Below are positions 18,121 to 27,865 of a DNA stretch of 64,000 nucleotides, piece after piece. The notes beneath the pieces were generated by a model. The model was not told the origin of the DNA, made no database searches, and was given only the letters and a program-made list of their open reading frames with translations. The position numbers and the translations under genes were made by a program. The DNA is from an uncultured Phycisphaerales bacterium (GTDB taxonomy: Bacteria > Planctomycetota > Phycisphaerae > Tepidisphaerales > Tepidisphaeraceae). The stretch is from NCBI GenBank assembly GCA_963758525.1, contig CAVWVQ010000003.1:4928001-4992000 (forward strand). Reading direction: 5' to 3'. How positions within the stretch are numbered: position 1 is the stretch's first letter; each line of letters begins with the position of its first letter.

Positions 18121-19605
18121 CTACCAATTCCAATCCAGTCCCCCGCGAAGCTCCGGACGCTTTTTCTTCTTCACGGGCTTTGCCGCCGGGTCGGGCGCGG
18201 GAGGGGCCGGGGCTTCCGCCGCCTTGCGGATCGACAGTGAAATCTTGCGATGCTCTTTGTCGATTTCCAGCACGCGCACGCGCACCTCCTGGTCCGGCTT
18301 CACCACATCCGCCGGGGTGCGGACACGATGGTCGGCCAGCTCCGATATGTGAGCGAGGCCCTCCAAGCCTGCTTCAAGCTCCACGAAAGCGCCAAAGTCG
18401 ACCACGCGCGTCACCCGGCCGGGAACGATCATGTCCACCGCGTATCGCTCGGCCACGGTTGACCACGGATCAGGCCCCGCCTGCTTCAGGCTCAGCGACA
18501 TACGCCGCTGCGTCGGGTCGATCGAGATCACCACGAGCTTGATCGTGTCTCCCTCCTTGACCACGTCCGACGGAGTACGGATGCGCTGATAGCTGATCTC
18601 GCTGGCAGGCAGAAGCCCTTCCAGACCTTCCTCCAATTCGATGAACGCGCCGAACGGCTCGACCCGCGCGACCCGGCCGGTGATTGCGGTGCCGACGGCG
18701 TATTTTGTCTCCACGCCGGCCCACGGATCGGCCATCGCCTGTTTCAGACTCAGGCTGAGCTTTCCGGACTCTTTGTCGAGCTTGATGATTTTGACTTCGA
18801 CGAGGTCGCCAAGCTTCACAAAATCGGCCGGCTTCTTGCCCCGGCGATAGCTCATCTCGCTCACGTGCAGCAGGCCGTCGACTCCGCCGAGATCGACAAA
18901 CGCGCCGAATTCCGTGATGTTTCGCACCGTCCCGCGGCGAGTCTGTCCTTCCTCCAACTCGGCCATCAGCTTCTGACGGGCCTCTTCCTTCTCTCGTTCG
19001 AGAATATTGCGCCGGCTGACAATGAGATTGTGCGCCTGCCGGTCGAATTGCGTCACCTCGACCTTAAGCCGCTGCCCGATGAACGTCGAAATGTCCTTCT
19101 GAAAGTAAAGATCGACCTGCCCGGCCGGCATGAAGGCGCGCATGCTCTTGATTTCAAGTTCAAGGCCGCCCTTGTTCATTCCCGTGACGTTCCCTTCGAC
19201 GATCTGTCCGATCTCCAGGTTGTCCCACGTCACGTTCGTGGCAGTTGCCCCCTTACGATTGAGGATCAGCACGCCTTCGCGCTCGTCGTAGCGCTCGACG
19301 TGAAAATCCATCTCGTCGCCGACCTTCGGCTCCTCCTCAAATTGCACCAGCGACGCGATTCCCTGGCTCTTGCCGCCGAAATCGACAAATACATCGTCCT
19401 TATCGACGGATATCACTTTCCCGCGCCGCAGCCCCTTGCGCGCCAGTTCCGCCGCCGACGCGCCGGCCGGCTGTGGCGCATCGGTTCCCATCAGCTCATC
19501 GATCGACATCCCGCCGAGCGCGGCGTCCACCTCCCGATCGATGGCCGCATCGGTATCGGGGCGGAACTTTTTCTTATACTCGTCACCCTGCTGGGAACTC
19601 GACAT
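18121..19605 (-). CDS. rpsA: 30S ribosomal protein S1-like protein with five S1 domains (possibly a second S1 paralog)
   Basis: Repeated S1 motifs such as GTVRNITEFGAFVDLGGVDGLLHVSEM and GRVTRVVDFGAFVELEAGLEGLAHISEL; GAGAGGA RBS before ATG 19605. Confidence 0.85.
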   Translation of the reverse strand: MSSSQQGDEYKKKFRPDTDAAIDREVDAALGGMSIDELMGTDAPQPAGASAAELARKGLRRGKVISVDKDDVFVDFGGKSQGIASLVQFEEEPKVGDEMDFHVERYDEREGVLILNRKGATATNVTWDNLEIGQIVEGNVTGMNKGGLELEIKSMRAFMPAGQVDLYFQKDISTFIGQRLKVEVTQFDRQAHNLIVSRRNILEREKEEARQKLMAELEEGQTRRGTVRNITEFGAFVDLGGVDGLLHVSEMSYRRGKKPADFVKLGDLVEVKIIKLDKESGKLSLSLKQAMADPWAGVETKYAVGTAITGRVARVEPFGAFIELEEGLEGLLPASEISYQRIRTPSDVVKEGDTIKLVVISIDPTQRRMSLSLKQAGPDPWSTVAERYAVDMIVPGRVTRVVDFGAFVELEAGLEGLAHISELADHRVRTPADVVKPDQEVRVRVLEIDKEHRKISLSIRKAAEAPAPPAPDPAAKPVKKKKRPELRGGLDWNW

Positions 19606-19747
19606 CGCGTTCGTCCTCTCCAAAACACCCCGTGGAAGATTCAAGTTTATCGCCGGCACGCGGAAAGGAAAGGTGGGGGGGCAGGGAGCGCGGAGGCGCG
19701 GGATATGGGGAGACGCAGGGACTAAGGGACAAAGGGGGGAGGGATAA

Positions 19748-19771
19748 GGCACGGAGGCACGAAGGCACGGA
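19748..19771. repeat. Octamer tandem repeat (GGCACG[G/A]A)x3
   Basis: GGCACGGA-GGCACGAA-GGCACGGA; 18 bp of it occur as an exact reverse complement at 2214-2231. Confidence 0.7.
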
Positions 19772-20028
19772 GGGGAGGACGCTGCGCGGCGGAGTAGGGG
19801 AAGAAAACACCGCGAGTGCGCGATTTGGTTACGCGGGTTTTTATCTGCCGCTATTAGCCAACGGCGCCGGCGGTGGCTTGCCCTTCGCGGGCGCACACAA
19901 TCAAGAGCGAACGGCGTAGAGCAAAAGCGAGCCTCCCGGGCTCGCCATCCTTTCCTTCACCCATCTGGTTGGTTTCTTTCTCCAATCCGCCTCTTCCATT
20001 CCGGTCTGCGCACTGCTTCAATCGGATT

Positions 20029-21546
20029 ATGAACGACGCACGGACTGCCTACGAATCGCTCATCAGCGAATTGAAGGAAATTGGGCTGCTTTCCAGCGTG
20101 GCCTCGGTGCTGGGATGGGACGAGAGGACGCAGCTCCCGCCCAAGGGGACCGATCACCGCGCCAGACAGTCGTCGCTTCTGGCGAAGATGATCCACCAGC
20201 GATTCACCGCAACGCGCGTGGGAGACTTGCTGTCGGCCGTCGAGCAGTCTTCGCTGGTGAGCGATCCTCTCAGCGACGAAGCGGTCAACGCCCGCGAGAC
20301 GCGCCGCAGCTACGACCGCGCCCGCAAGCTTCCCACCGCCCTCGTCGAGGAACTGACAAGCACTGCCGTCCTGGCCCAGCAGGTGTGGGGCGAAGCGCGC
20401 AAGGCGTCGGACTATGCGATGTTCGAGCCATGGCTCGGCAAGACGTTGGTGTTAAAGCAGCAGGAGGCGGAGTGCATCGGCCATGGGGGAGATCCGTACG
20501 ACGCGTTGCTCGACGAGTTCGAGCCGGGAGAAACTTCTGAAGGAATCCGCGCGACGTTCGAGGCATTGCGCGGGCCATTGGTTGAGCTGATCGGCAGAGT
20601 CGCCGGGGCCGGCCGCAAGGCTCCGGTGGAGATTCTGGACCGGCCGTTTCCCCCCGGCTCTCAGGAAAAGCTGGCGCGGGAAGCTGCCGCCGCGATCGGA
20701 TTTGATTTTGATGCCGGGCGGCTGGATGTGAGCCTGCATCCATTCTGCACCGACCTTGGTCCTGGCGATACGCGCATGACTACACGCTATCACCCGGCGC
20801 ATTTCGGCGACTCCCTCTTTGGCGTGTTGCACGAAACCGGCCACGCCCTTTATACGCAGGGATTGGAAAAATCCCACTTCGGAACGCCGCGCGGCAGCTA
20901 CGTCTCTCTTGGAATTCACGAATCACAATCCCGGTTGTGGGAGAACTTTGTAGGCCGAACTCGCTCATTCTGGAAATGGCTGCTTCCGCGCACGCGCGAG
21001 ATCTTCCGGGAGTCTTTGCGGGGAGTCAGCGAGGATGAATGGAGCTTTGCCATCAATGAGATTTGTCCCTCTGTCATTCGTGTCGAAGCCGACGAGGCGA
21101 CGTACAACCTGCACATCATGCTTCGTTTTGAGCTGGAACGGGCACTGCTTCGGGGCGAGCTTTCCCCAAAGGATCTTCCCGGCGCATGGAAAGTGAAGAT
21201 GCGCGAGTATCTGGGTGTCACTCCCGCAAACGACGCTGCCGGCTGCTTGCAGGACATTCACTGGAGCGGCGGGGCGATCGGATATTTTCCCACCTACACG
21301 CTGGGCAATCTCTACGCGGCCCAGTTTTTTGAGAAAGCCCAGAAGGACCTCGGCGATGTGTACTCGATGTTTGCTGCCGGAGAATTCGCGCCGCTGCTCG
21401 GGTGGCTGCGCGAAAACATTCACCGCCATGGCAAACGCTTCACCGGGCCGCAACTGGTTCACCACGTCACGGGAAAAGCACTCTCCGCTGAGCCATTGAT
21501 GCGGCACTTGCGGGCCAAGGCGCGGACGTACTATGGCGTGCAGTGA
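20029..21546 (+). CDS. Carboxypeptidase Taq-type metallopeptidase (family M32)
   Basis: HPFC, HETGH, HESQS, IRVEADE.TYNLH, CLQDIHW, GYFPTYTLGN. Confidence 0.96.
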   Translation: MNDARTAYESLISELKEIGLLSSVASVLGWDERTQLPPKGTDHRARQSSLLAKMIHQRFTATRVGDLLSAVEQSSLVSDPLSDEAVNARETRRSYDRARKLPTALVEELTSTAVLAQQVWGEARKASDYAMFEPWLGKTLVLKQQEAECIGHGGDPYDALLDEFEPGETSEGIRATFEALRGPLVELIGRVAGAGRKAPVEILDRPFPPGSQEKLAREAAAAIGFDFDAGRLDVSLHPFCTDLGPGDTRMTTRYHPAHFGDSLFGVLHETGHALYTQGLEKSHFGTPRGSYVSLGIHESQSRLWENFVGRTRSFWKWLLPRTREIFRESLRGVSEDEWSFAINEICPSVIRVEADEATYNLHIMLRFELERALLRGELSPKDLPGAWKVKMREYLGVTPANDAAGCLQDIHWSGGAIGYFPTYTLGNLYAAQFFEKAQKDLGDVYSMFAAGEFAPLLGWLRENIHRHGKRFTGPQLVHHVTGKALSAEPLMRHLRAKARTYYGVQ

Positions 21547-21553
21547 GGCTGAT

Positions 21554-22204
21554 TCAACTCGCCGCCCCTTTGATGACCCCGAAGATTCCCTCGACGACCA
21601 TCTGTGTCCCGATCACGGCGAGAATTAATCCCATGAGCCGGCTGACGACCATTACCAGGCTCTTTCCGAGGAAGCGGGTCATTCGATGGCCGCCGACGAA
21701 GCAGAGGTAGGTCAGCACGCAGATGAGGAAGAAGGCGGCCAGAACAATGCCGAGGCGCTGTGGGGAACCTCCCGCGGCGAAGTTCATGCCGGTCACGATC
21801 GTCCCCGGCCCCGCGAGCAACGGCATTCCCAACGGTGAAACGGCGATGCTCGTCGCGGCGTCCTCGCTCTTGTCCAGATCACTTTGCGCCAATTTGTGAA
21901 CAGGGGAGTGACCTCCCTGCAGCAGATGATAGCCGACCAGTACCACGAGCAGCCCGCCGGCGATTCGGAAGCTGGAGAGCGTGATTCCAAAAAGGTGGAG
22001 CAGGAAACTGCCGCCGACGCAAAACGCCGCCACAATGAGAAACGCCAGGGCAAGCGACTGCAGCGCCACGCCGCGGGTCGTCTTTTCATCCATTTCCTCG
22101 GTGAGCCCAAGGAAAATGGGCGTGTTGGCGATGGGGTTCATGATCGCAAAGAACCCGGCGAACGCCGAACCAAACAGAGTGATTTGGTTGATAGGATGGT
22201 CCAT
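21554..22204 (-). CDS. MarC-family integral membrane protein
   Basis: FAIMNPIAN.PIF, LFGITLSSFRIAGG, PLGMPLLAGPGTI, SRLMGLILAVIG. Alternative start at 22222. Confidence 0.93.
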   Translation of the reverse strand: MDHPINQITLFGSAFAGFFAIMNPIANTPIFLGLTEEMDEKTTRGVALQSLALAFLIVAAFCVGGSFLLHLFGITLSSFRIAGGLLVVLVGYHLLQGGHSPVHKLAQSDLDKSEDAATSIAVSPLGMPLLAGPGTIVTGMNFAAGGSPQRLGIVLAAFFLICVLTYLCFVGGHRMTRFLGKSLVMVVSRLMGLILAVIGTQMVVEGIFGVIKGAAS

Positions 22205-22283
22205 GTTGTGAACGGCGAACAACAGCCGCGGAGCGATAAATGCCGCGAAGTCGCTTAGCGTGTTCCCGGTTCGGGATCGCTTT

Positions 22284-22366
22284 CCACGCCGAGTCTGAGG
22301 TACTCCGAAGGCTCGGATTCTTCGGTGCTCGATCCGAGCCTTCGGAGTACCTCAGACTCGGCGTGG
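22284..22366. repeat. Perfect 35-bp inverted repeat (REP/REPIN-like) with 13-nt loop
   Basis: CCACGCCGAGTCTGAGGTACTCCGAAGGCTCGGAT (22284-22318) and its reverse complement (22332-22366). Confidence 0.9.
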
Positions 22367-22445
22367 CGCGGATTTAAAGGCATCCCGATTGTCCCGACGC
22401 GCGCGGCGTAAGTTTTGTCGAATGAACCTCGGGCCGCACCGTTCA

Positions 22446-22829
22446 CTACGGCCGCGGAAACCCCCACGCGGCGGCGAGGGCGTCGGCGGCAAATTCCGGA
22501 TCGTCTCCCGGCCAGCGGCCACCGTTTCTGAGGTGCGCATGCGCCAACTCGTGGGCGATCACATATTTCACAAATGCTTCGGGGCGACGGCGGAGCGTGC
22601 GCTTCAGCACCACCGATCGCGAGGCGCGAAGGCGGGTGGGCATGCCAACGGGAATGTGGGCGACATAGCCGGGAGCGGGCTCGTAGTCGGCAAGAATGAA
22701 ATTCGGATCGGAAACCAGATCGTGGCGCACCTCGCCAGGCAGCAGCGACAGCACGCCGGCAACGTGCGTGCAGAGAAAGGCATCCAGCCCGAAGCCGGAG
22801 ACCCAGAGATTCAACTCGTCGGACGGCAT
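22446..22829 (-). CDS. Small HEXXH zinc-metallopeptidase-like protein
   Basis: VKYVIAHELAHAHL followed by EFAADALAAAWGF (gluzincin-like E..AD). Confidence 0.65.
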   Translation of the reverse strand: MPSDELNLWVSGFGLDAFLCTHVAGVLSLLPGEVRHDLVSDPNFILADYEPAPGYVAHIPVGMPTRLRASRSVVLKRTLRRRPEAFVKYVIAHELAHAHLRNGGRWPGDDPEFAADALAAAWGFPRP

Positions 22830-22888
22830 GGTTCAACTGTAGCCGGTGTGAGGGGCGCAATTCAAACGGATACTTGCGGCACCCAAAG

Positions 22889-23935
22889 TTACGCGGTCTG
22901 GGAAAATTGGGTGCGTGCAAGCTGCCCGCACGCGGCATTGATCGGGTCGCCGCGGGTTTCCCGCACGTGAACGACCACGTTTGCGTCGCGCAGGCGCTGA
23001 ATAAACGCGCGGATCGTCGCTGGTGTTGGGGAGCGGTAGGGGGCGCCTTCAATCATGTTGAACGGAATTAAATTGACGTGCGCGCGGAAGCCGGCCATCA
23101 GGTCTGCAAGACGATCGGCGTGTCCGCTCGAGTCGTTCACATCCGCTAGAAGGCAGTATTCGATGGTCGGGATGCGACGGGTGCGGTCGGCAAAGCGACG
23201 AGCCGCCGCCATGATATCGGCAACCGGGTAGCGGTGATTGGCCGGGACGATCCGGCTGCGCGTCTCATCGTCGGCGGCATGGAGCGAAAGCGCAAGATGG
23301 ACGTTGAGATCCGCGTTTGCCAGAGCGTCCATGCCGGGAACGATTCCAACGGTCGATACGGTGATCTGCCGCCATCCAAGGCCCCCCATGTCGGGGTCGG
23401 CAATTCTGCGAATCGCGGCGATGACGTTGTCGAGATTGTGCATCGGCTCCCCCATGCCCATGAAGACCAGCGACGTGATTCGGCGATCGATTGCCGCGGC
23501 TTCGCGCCGGAGGTGGAGGAACTGCTCGACGATCTCTCCAAAGTGCAGGTTGCGATCGAGCCCGCCGCGGGTGCTGGCGCAGAAGGTGCAGCCCATGGCG
23601 CAGCCGACTTGCGATGACACGCACCCGGCGGCGCGACCCGCGCGGTGCGCGGGCATCAGCACTGTCTCAATCGACTTGCCCCCCGACAGCGCAAGCAATA
23701 GTTTCACGGTGCCATCAGCGCTCTGGTGACGCTTGAGCAAATGCGTAACGGGGGCCGGCTGCTTCTGGCGCAACCAATCGGCGACGCGCCGCCCGATTTG
23801 TTCGGGAAATGGGTCGAGAGTTCCGCCGGTTGCATAAAAGGCGCGGAGGATCGGCCGGGCGTGAGATTCCGAAAAACCGCTTTCGCGGAGAGATTGACGG
23901 AGCGATACAAGATCGTGATCGACCAGAGAGATCAC
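22889..23935 (-). CDS. rlmN: 23S rRNA/tRNA m2A methyltransferase RlmN (radical SAM)
   Basis: DGTVKLL, IETVLMP, CVSSQVGCAMGCTFC, MGMGEP, VNLIPFN, INAACGQL; GTGA overlap with the folC stop. Confidence 0.93.
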   Translation of the reverse strand: MISLVDHDLVSLRQSLRESGFSESHARPILRAFYATGGTLDPFPEQIGRRVADWLRQKQPAPVTHLLKRHQSADGTVKLLLALSGGKSIETVLMPAHRAGRAAGCVSSQVGCAMGCTFCASTRGGLDRNLHFGEIVEQFLHLRREAAAIDRRITSLVFMGMGEPMHNLDNVIAAIRRIADPDMGGLGWRQITVSTVGIVPGMDALANADLNVHLALSLHAADDETRSRIVPANHRYPVADIMAAARRFADRTRRIPTIEYCLLADVNDSSGHADRLADLMAGFRAHVNLIPFNMIEGAPYRSPTPATIRAFIQRLRDANVVVHVRETRGDPINAACGQLARTQFSQTA

Positions 23936-25437
23936 ACCCGGAACCCTGCCGAGGCGGCGGCAGCGGCTTTGGCGGCAAAGAGCTTTTTGGCGGTGCCGAC
24001 CAGATAGAAGCTGCCGGTAATGCAGATCAGATCTTCCTTGGTCACGGCGCGGTACGCGATGGCCAAGGCTTCTTCAAGCGTGGACGCGACTTGAGCCATC
24101 TTCCCGTACAGCTCCACATAGCGGGCGGCAAGCTCATTTGGGTCAGACGAGCGGATGCTGTCGACAGGAGTGAAGATGACCTTGTCGGCTCCGCTGGTGA
24201 TTCGCTCGAGCATGCCTGGGACGTCTTTGTCGGCGCAACACCCGAAGATCACGACCATCGAGTCGTACGGAATGTATTGTCCGATGGCCCGCATCATCGC
24301 ATCGAGGCTGGCGGCATTGTGCGCGCCGTCGACGATGATTCGCGGCGTCGTTGAGACCATTTCCATTCGGCCCGGCAGCGTGGTGCGGGCGAGACCTTCC
24401 ATCGCCTTGGCATCATTGATGGCGATCCCGCGCATCTTGAGGCGGTCGATCACACTCAATGCCAGCCCGCAATTGATCGCCTGGTGCTCCCCCATCAGAG
24501 GAACGGCCAGGTGCTCGAACTTGCTGTTCGGGGTTGTCAGGCAAACGCGGTTGTGCGGCCCGAGCATTCGGCTGGATTCAAACCGATAGCTGAACTCGAT
24601 GTTCTTGCCGGCGATCTCGAGCGGCGCGCCGACCTTCTCAGCCACGCGCCTGAAGGTGGCCTCCACTTCGGGCGGCTGCAGCACGGTCAGGGCGGGGATG
24701 CCGGGCTTGAAAATCCCCGCCTTTTCCTCGGCGATGCGATCGAGCGTCGTGCCGAGTTGGGCCATGTGGTCTTTGCTGATGCTGGTGATGGCCGTCACTT
24801 CGGGCTTGATGACGTTGGTGCTGTCGAGACGGCCTCCCAGGCCGGTCTCGATGACGGCAATCTCAACTCCCTGCTCGGCGAAATATCGGAACGCGATCGC
24901 GGTCAACACATCGAAGTAGGTCGGGATCGGCTTCATGCGCTCCACGATCGGCGCGATCTGGCGAACCAGGCGGGTGAAATCCGCGTGGGAAATCATGTGC
25001 CCGTTGACGCAAATGCGCTCGCGGATGTCGACCAGATGCGGGCTGGTATACAACCCGGTCTTGTGGTCGCAGGCCTGCAGCATCGACGCGATCATGGTGC
25101 AAGTGCTTCCCTTGCCCTTGGTGCCGGCGACGTGAACCGTGCGGAACTTGTCCTGCGGATTGCCCAGCTTCTTCAGCAGGGTGCGCATCCGCTCCAGATC
25201 AAAGTTCTGAGTGGTGTAACGCACAATCCGCAACCGCTCGAAGTCGTTGAGCGAGGAAAGGAAGCGTAAAGCCTTATGGAAGTTGTTGATACCACTTGAC
25301 GTGGGCTTAGCCGTTTCGGGGGATTTCGCTCGCGGAGCGGTTTTGGCGCGATGACTTTCCCGATGAGGATGTTGGGAATTACTGCTCCGGGCCGGTCCTT
25401 GCCGCGTTTTCTCTCGAATCGCCATGATGGGCACCAT
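23932..25437 (-). CDS. folC: Folylpolyglutamate synthase/dihydrofolate synthase
   Basis: HVAGTKGKGST, YTSPHL..RERI, ETGLGGRLDSTN, EKAGIFK, DGAHN. True start may be ATG 25425. Confidence 0.95.
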   Translation of the reverse strand: MVPIMAIREKTRQGPARSSNSQHPHRESHRAKTAPRAKSPETAKPTSSGINNFHKALRFLSSLNDFERLRIVRYTTQNFDLERMRTLLKKLGNPQDKFRTVHVAGTKGKGSTCTMIASMLQACDHKTGLYTSPHLVDIRERICVNGHMISHADFTRLVRQIAPIVERMKPIPTYFDVLTAIAFRYFAEQGVEIAVIETGLGGRLDSTNVIKPEVTAITSISKDHMAQLGTTLDRIAEEKAGIFKPGIPALTVLQPPEVEATFRRVAEKVGAPLEIAGKNIEFSYRFESSRMLGPHNRVCLTTPNSKFEHLAVPLMGEHQAINCGLALSVIDRLKMRGIAINDAKAMEGLARTTLPGRMEMVSTTPRIIVDGAHNAASLDAMMRAIGQYIPYDSMVVIFGCCADKDVPGMLERITSGADKVIFTPVDSIRSSDPNELAARYVELYGKMAQVASTLEEALAIAYRAVTKEDLICITGSFYLVGTAKKLFAAKAAAAASAGFRV

Positions 25438-25464
25438 TATATCGTTTTACGGTAAAGCTGCAAA
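25436..25464 (-). promoter_or_regulatory. Sigma70-type promoter for folC-rlmN
   Basis: TTTGCA-17 nt-TATAAT on the minus strand, 10 nt upstream of ATG 25425. Confidence 0.55.
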
Positions 25465-25899
25465 TTTATGCCGGAAAGTCAGTTACAGCCGACACTTAGC
25501 CATATGCGCAGCCTGACTGTTTGTTGCGTTGGCCCTGCCCAATTAATTTGGGCAGACCGCATTTGGCAGTCTGCCGGTGCCGAAGGGAATCTCCGCCGAT
25601 TCTCAATCAGACGCAAAAGTCGCCGAGAAGCGAAAAAGAGGTGCACAAAAAAACGCCAGCGTATCGCTGAGCCGGTGGATCGCGTGCCGCGTTCCTGTTA
25701 GACCTGCTCACGGATCTGGCGTGTGTCCCCGTCTTGGATGACGATGACGCGATCATTGTGCCCTTGACAACTGACGGATCACAAGAGAAATCCGCGAAGA
25801 TTTCATTTTTTTTTACCCGTCGTGACATTGCATCCGCGCGACGGCCGTTGACAAGTTTCCTCATGCTTGCTCAATGACCAACGAGTTTATATTGTCTGC

Positions 25900-26889
25900 A
25901 TGCGATTGACGGCCTCATCGACGCGATCCATCGGGGCATCCTTCGTCCGGCCAGCCAATCCGGCGGCGGAAGAGCGTCTCGGCATCGCGCTGGCGCCTGT
26001 CGAAGGCGGGTTCGAGGTCGAGCAGGCGGAGCAATACACTCGCCAGCTCACACATTCGCATTACGAAAACTTTTCTGTCATCTCCCTTCTGCTGCCCCGC
26101 AGTCTGCGTCAGGATTTTTGCAATGTCTACGCATTTTGCCGCATCGCCGACGACATGGCCGATGAATTGGGGAACGTGGTGCGGGCGAGCGAGTCGCTGG
26201 CGCAGCTGCGGCATCAGACAAACGCGTGCTATGCCGGCCGCGTTTCAACCCGGCTGTTTGTCGCGCTGTCGACGACGATCGAGCGGCATGCCATCCCCGT
26301 CTCTCCGTTCCTCGATTTGATTGATGCCTTTGAGCAGGATCAGCGGGTGGATCGGTATGAGACGTTCGCTGAAGTGGTGGACTACTGCCGACGAAGTGCC
26401 GATCCCGTTGGACGCCTGGTGCTCTACATGTGCGGTTATCGTGACGCTGAACGACAACGGCTTTCTGATCTCACCTGCACCGCGCTGCAGCTCACCAACT
26501 TCTGGCAGGACGTGCGGCGAGACATGCTCGAACGAGATCGCATCTACATTCCGCGCGAGTCGATGGAACGATTCGGAGTTACTGAAGAACAGATCAGGAA
26601 CGGGCGCTGTGATGACCGCTACGCTGAGCTGATGCGGGCGGAAGTGGATCGGACTCAGCAGATGTTTGACCAGGGCCGTGAACTTCTCTCCATGCTCGAC
26701 TGGCAGGTGCGACAACACATCTCGCTGTTCGGCAAGGGAGGCGAAGCCATTCTCAGGGCCATTCGCAGCCAGCACTATGACACGCTCAGCAGTCGGCCGG
26801 TGCTGTCTCGGGGGCAGAAAATAAAGCTGATGATGACCGCAGTCGGCGCCGGCCTGGCGGCAACGCTCTACAAAAGGGCGTCGGCATGA
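25900..26889 (+). CDS. hpnC: Squalene synthase HpnC
   Basis: SHYENFSV.S, YAFCRIADDMADE, YCRRSADPVGRLVL, ALQLTNFWQDV; first gene of an hpnCDE triplet. Confidence 0.95.
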   Translation: MRLTASSTRSIGASFVRPANPAAEERLGIALAPVEGGFEVEQAEQYTRQLTHSHYENFSVISLLLPRSLRQDFCNVYAFCRIADDMADELGNVVRASESLAQLRHQTNACYAGRVSTRLFVALSTTIERHAIPVSPFLDLIDAFEQDQRVDRYETFAEVVDYCRRSADPVGRLVLYMCGYRDAERQRLSDLTCTALQLTNFWQDVRRDMLERDRIYIPRESMERFGVTEEQIRNGRCDDRYAELMRAEVDRTQQMFDQGRELLSMLDWQVRQHISLFGKGGEAILRAIRSQHYDTLSSRPVLSRGQKIKLMMTAVGAGLAATLYKRASA

Positions 26890-27860
26890 CGACTGACACA
26901 CGTTCAGCCGTTGAGCGGTCCGCCGCTGGCGAGATTCCCGCTGCGCCGGACGGCAATGGTGACACGGCGCTGGCGCGCTCGCGTGAGTTCTGCGAACGGC
27001 TGACCCGCCGGCAAGCTCGGAACTTCTACTACGGCTTGCGCCTTCTGCCGCCGTTGCAGCGGCGTTCGATGTTTGCGCTGTACGCGTACATGCGGCTGGT
27101 GGACGACATTGCTGACGAAGAAGACGGCCGCACTCCCGCGCAGCGCGAGGAAGACCTTCAACTCTGGCGCAGCGAGACGCATGCCATCCTCTCCGGGCAG
27201 ATTCCCGCGGTTGAAGCGAACGGACAGGCGGCGACCGCCAGGCATCGCGGCCGGGAAGTCTGGCCGGCATTTTATGAGATGGCGGCGATCCATCGCCTGC
27301 CCCCGCGCATCTTCGATGACGTGATCGAGGGCCAGCGGCAGGATTTGCATCCCGTCAGTTTCGCCACCTTTGACCAACTCTACGAGTATTGCTATCAGGT
27401 CGCGGGAACTGTCGGTCTGGCGAGCATCTACATCTGGGGCTTCGAAGGGGGCGAGGAGACGGAGCTGCTTGCCGTGGAGCGCGGCCTGGCATTTCAGCTC
27501 ACCAACATTTTGCGCGATCTTCGCGAAGACGCGGCCCGCGGACGCTCCTATCTCCCGGCCGACGAACTTGCAGCGGCGGGGGTGACGACCGAGAGGTTGG
27601 CCAGCGGCCAGGTCGATGAGCGTTTTGCCCAGGTCATGCTCGAGCAAATCCGTCGGGCCGAAAGCTACTATGAAAAATCAAGCGCGTTGGAAGACCGCAT
27701 CGATCGCGAGAGCCGGCCGACGCTGATTGCAATGACGGAAATTTATCGCGGTCTGTTGCGCAAGATCAAAGCCGATCCGATGCGGGTGTTGCGCGAGCGT
27801 GTATCGCTGTCGCTGTTTTCGAAACTGAGCATCGGGTGGCGCGCGACGCGATCGAAATAG
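26886..27860 (+). CDS. hpnD: Presqualene diphosphate synthase HpnD
   Basis: ARNFYYGLRLLP, YAYMRLVDDIAD, YCYQVAGTVG, AFQLTNILRDLRED; ATGA coupling to hpnC. Confidence 0.93.
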   Translation: MTTDTRSAVERSAAGEIPAAPDGNGDTALARSREFCERLTRRQARNFYYGLRLLPPLQRRSMFALYAYMRLVDDIADEEDGRTPAQREEDLQLWRSETHAILSGQIPAVEANGQAATARHRGREVWPAFYEMAAIHRLPPRIFDDVIEGQRQDLHPVSFATFDQLYEYCYQVAGTVGLASIYIWGFEGGEETELLAVERGLAFQLTNILRDLREDAARGRSYLPADELAAAGVTTERLASGQVDERFAQVMLEQIRRAESYYEKSSALEDRIDRESRPTLIAMTEIYRGLLRKIKADPMRVLRERVSLSLFSKLSIGWRATRSK

Positions 27861-27865
27861 CGGCA

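Noticed and set aside
25468..25864. Riboswitch, ncRNA or small ORFs in the folC-hpnC divergent region
   Set aside because: Only a short GGCAGAC/GTCTGCC hairpin is visible and I cannot match it to a known riboswitch consensus; an Rfam search would be needed.
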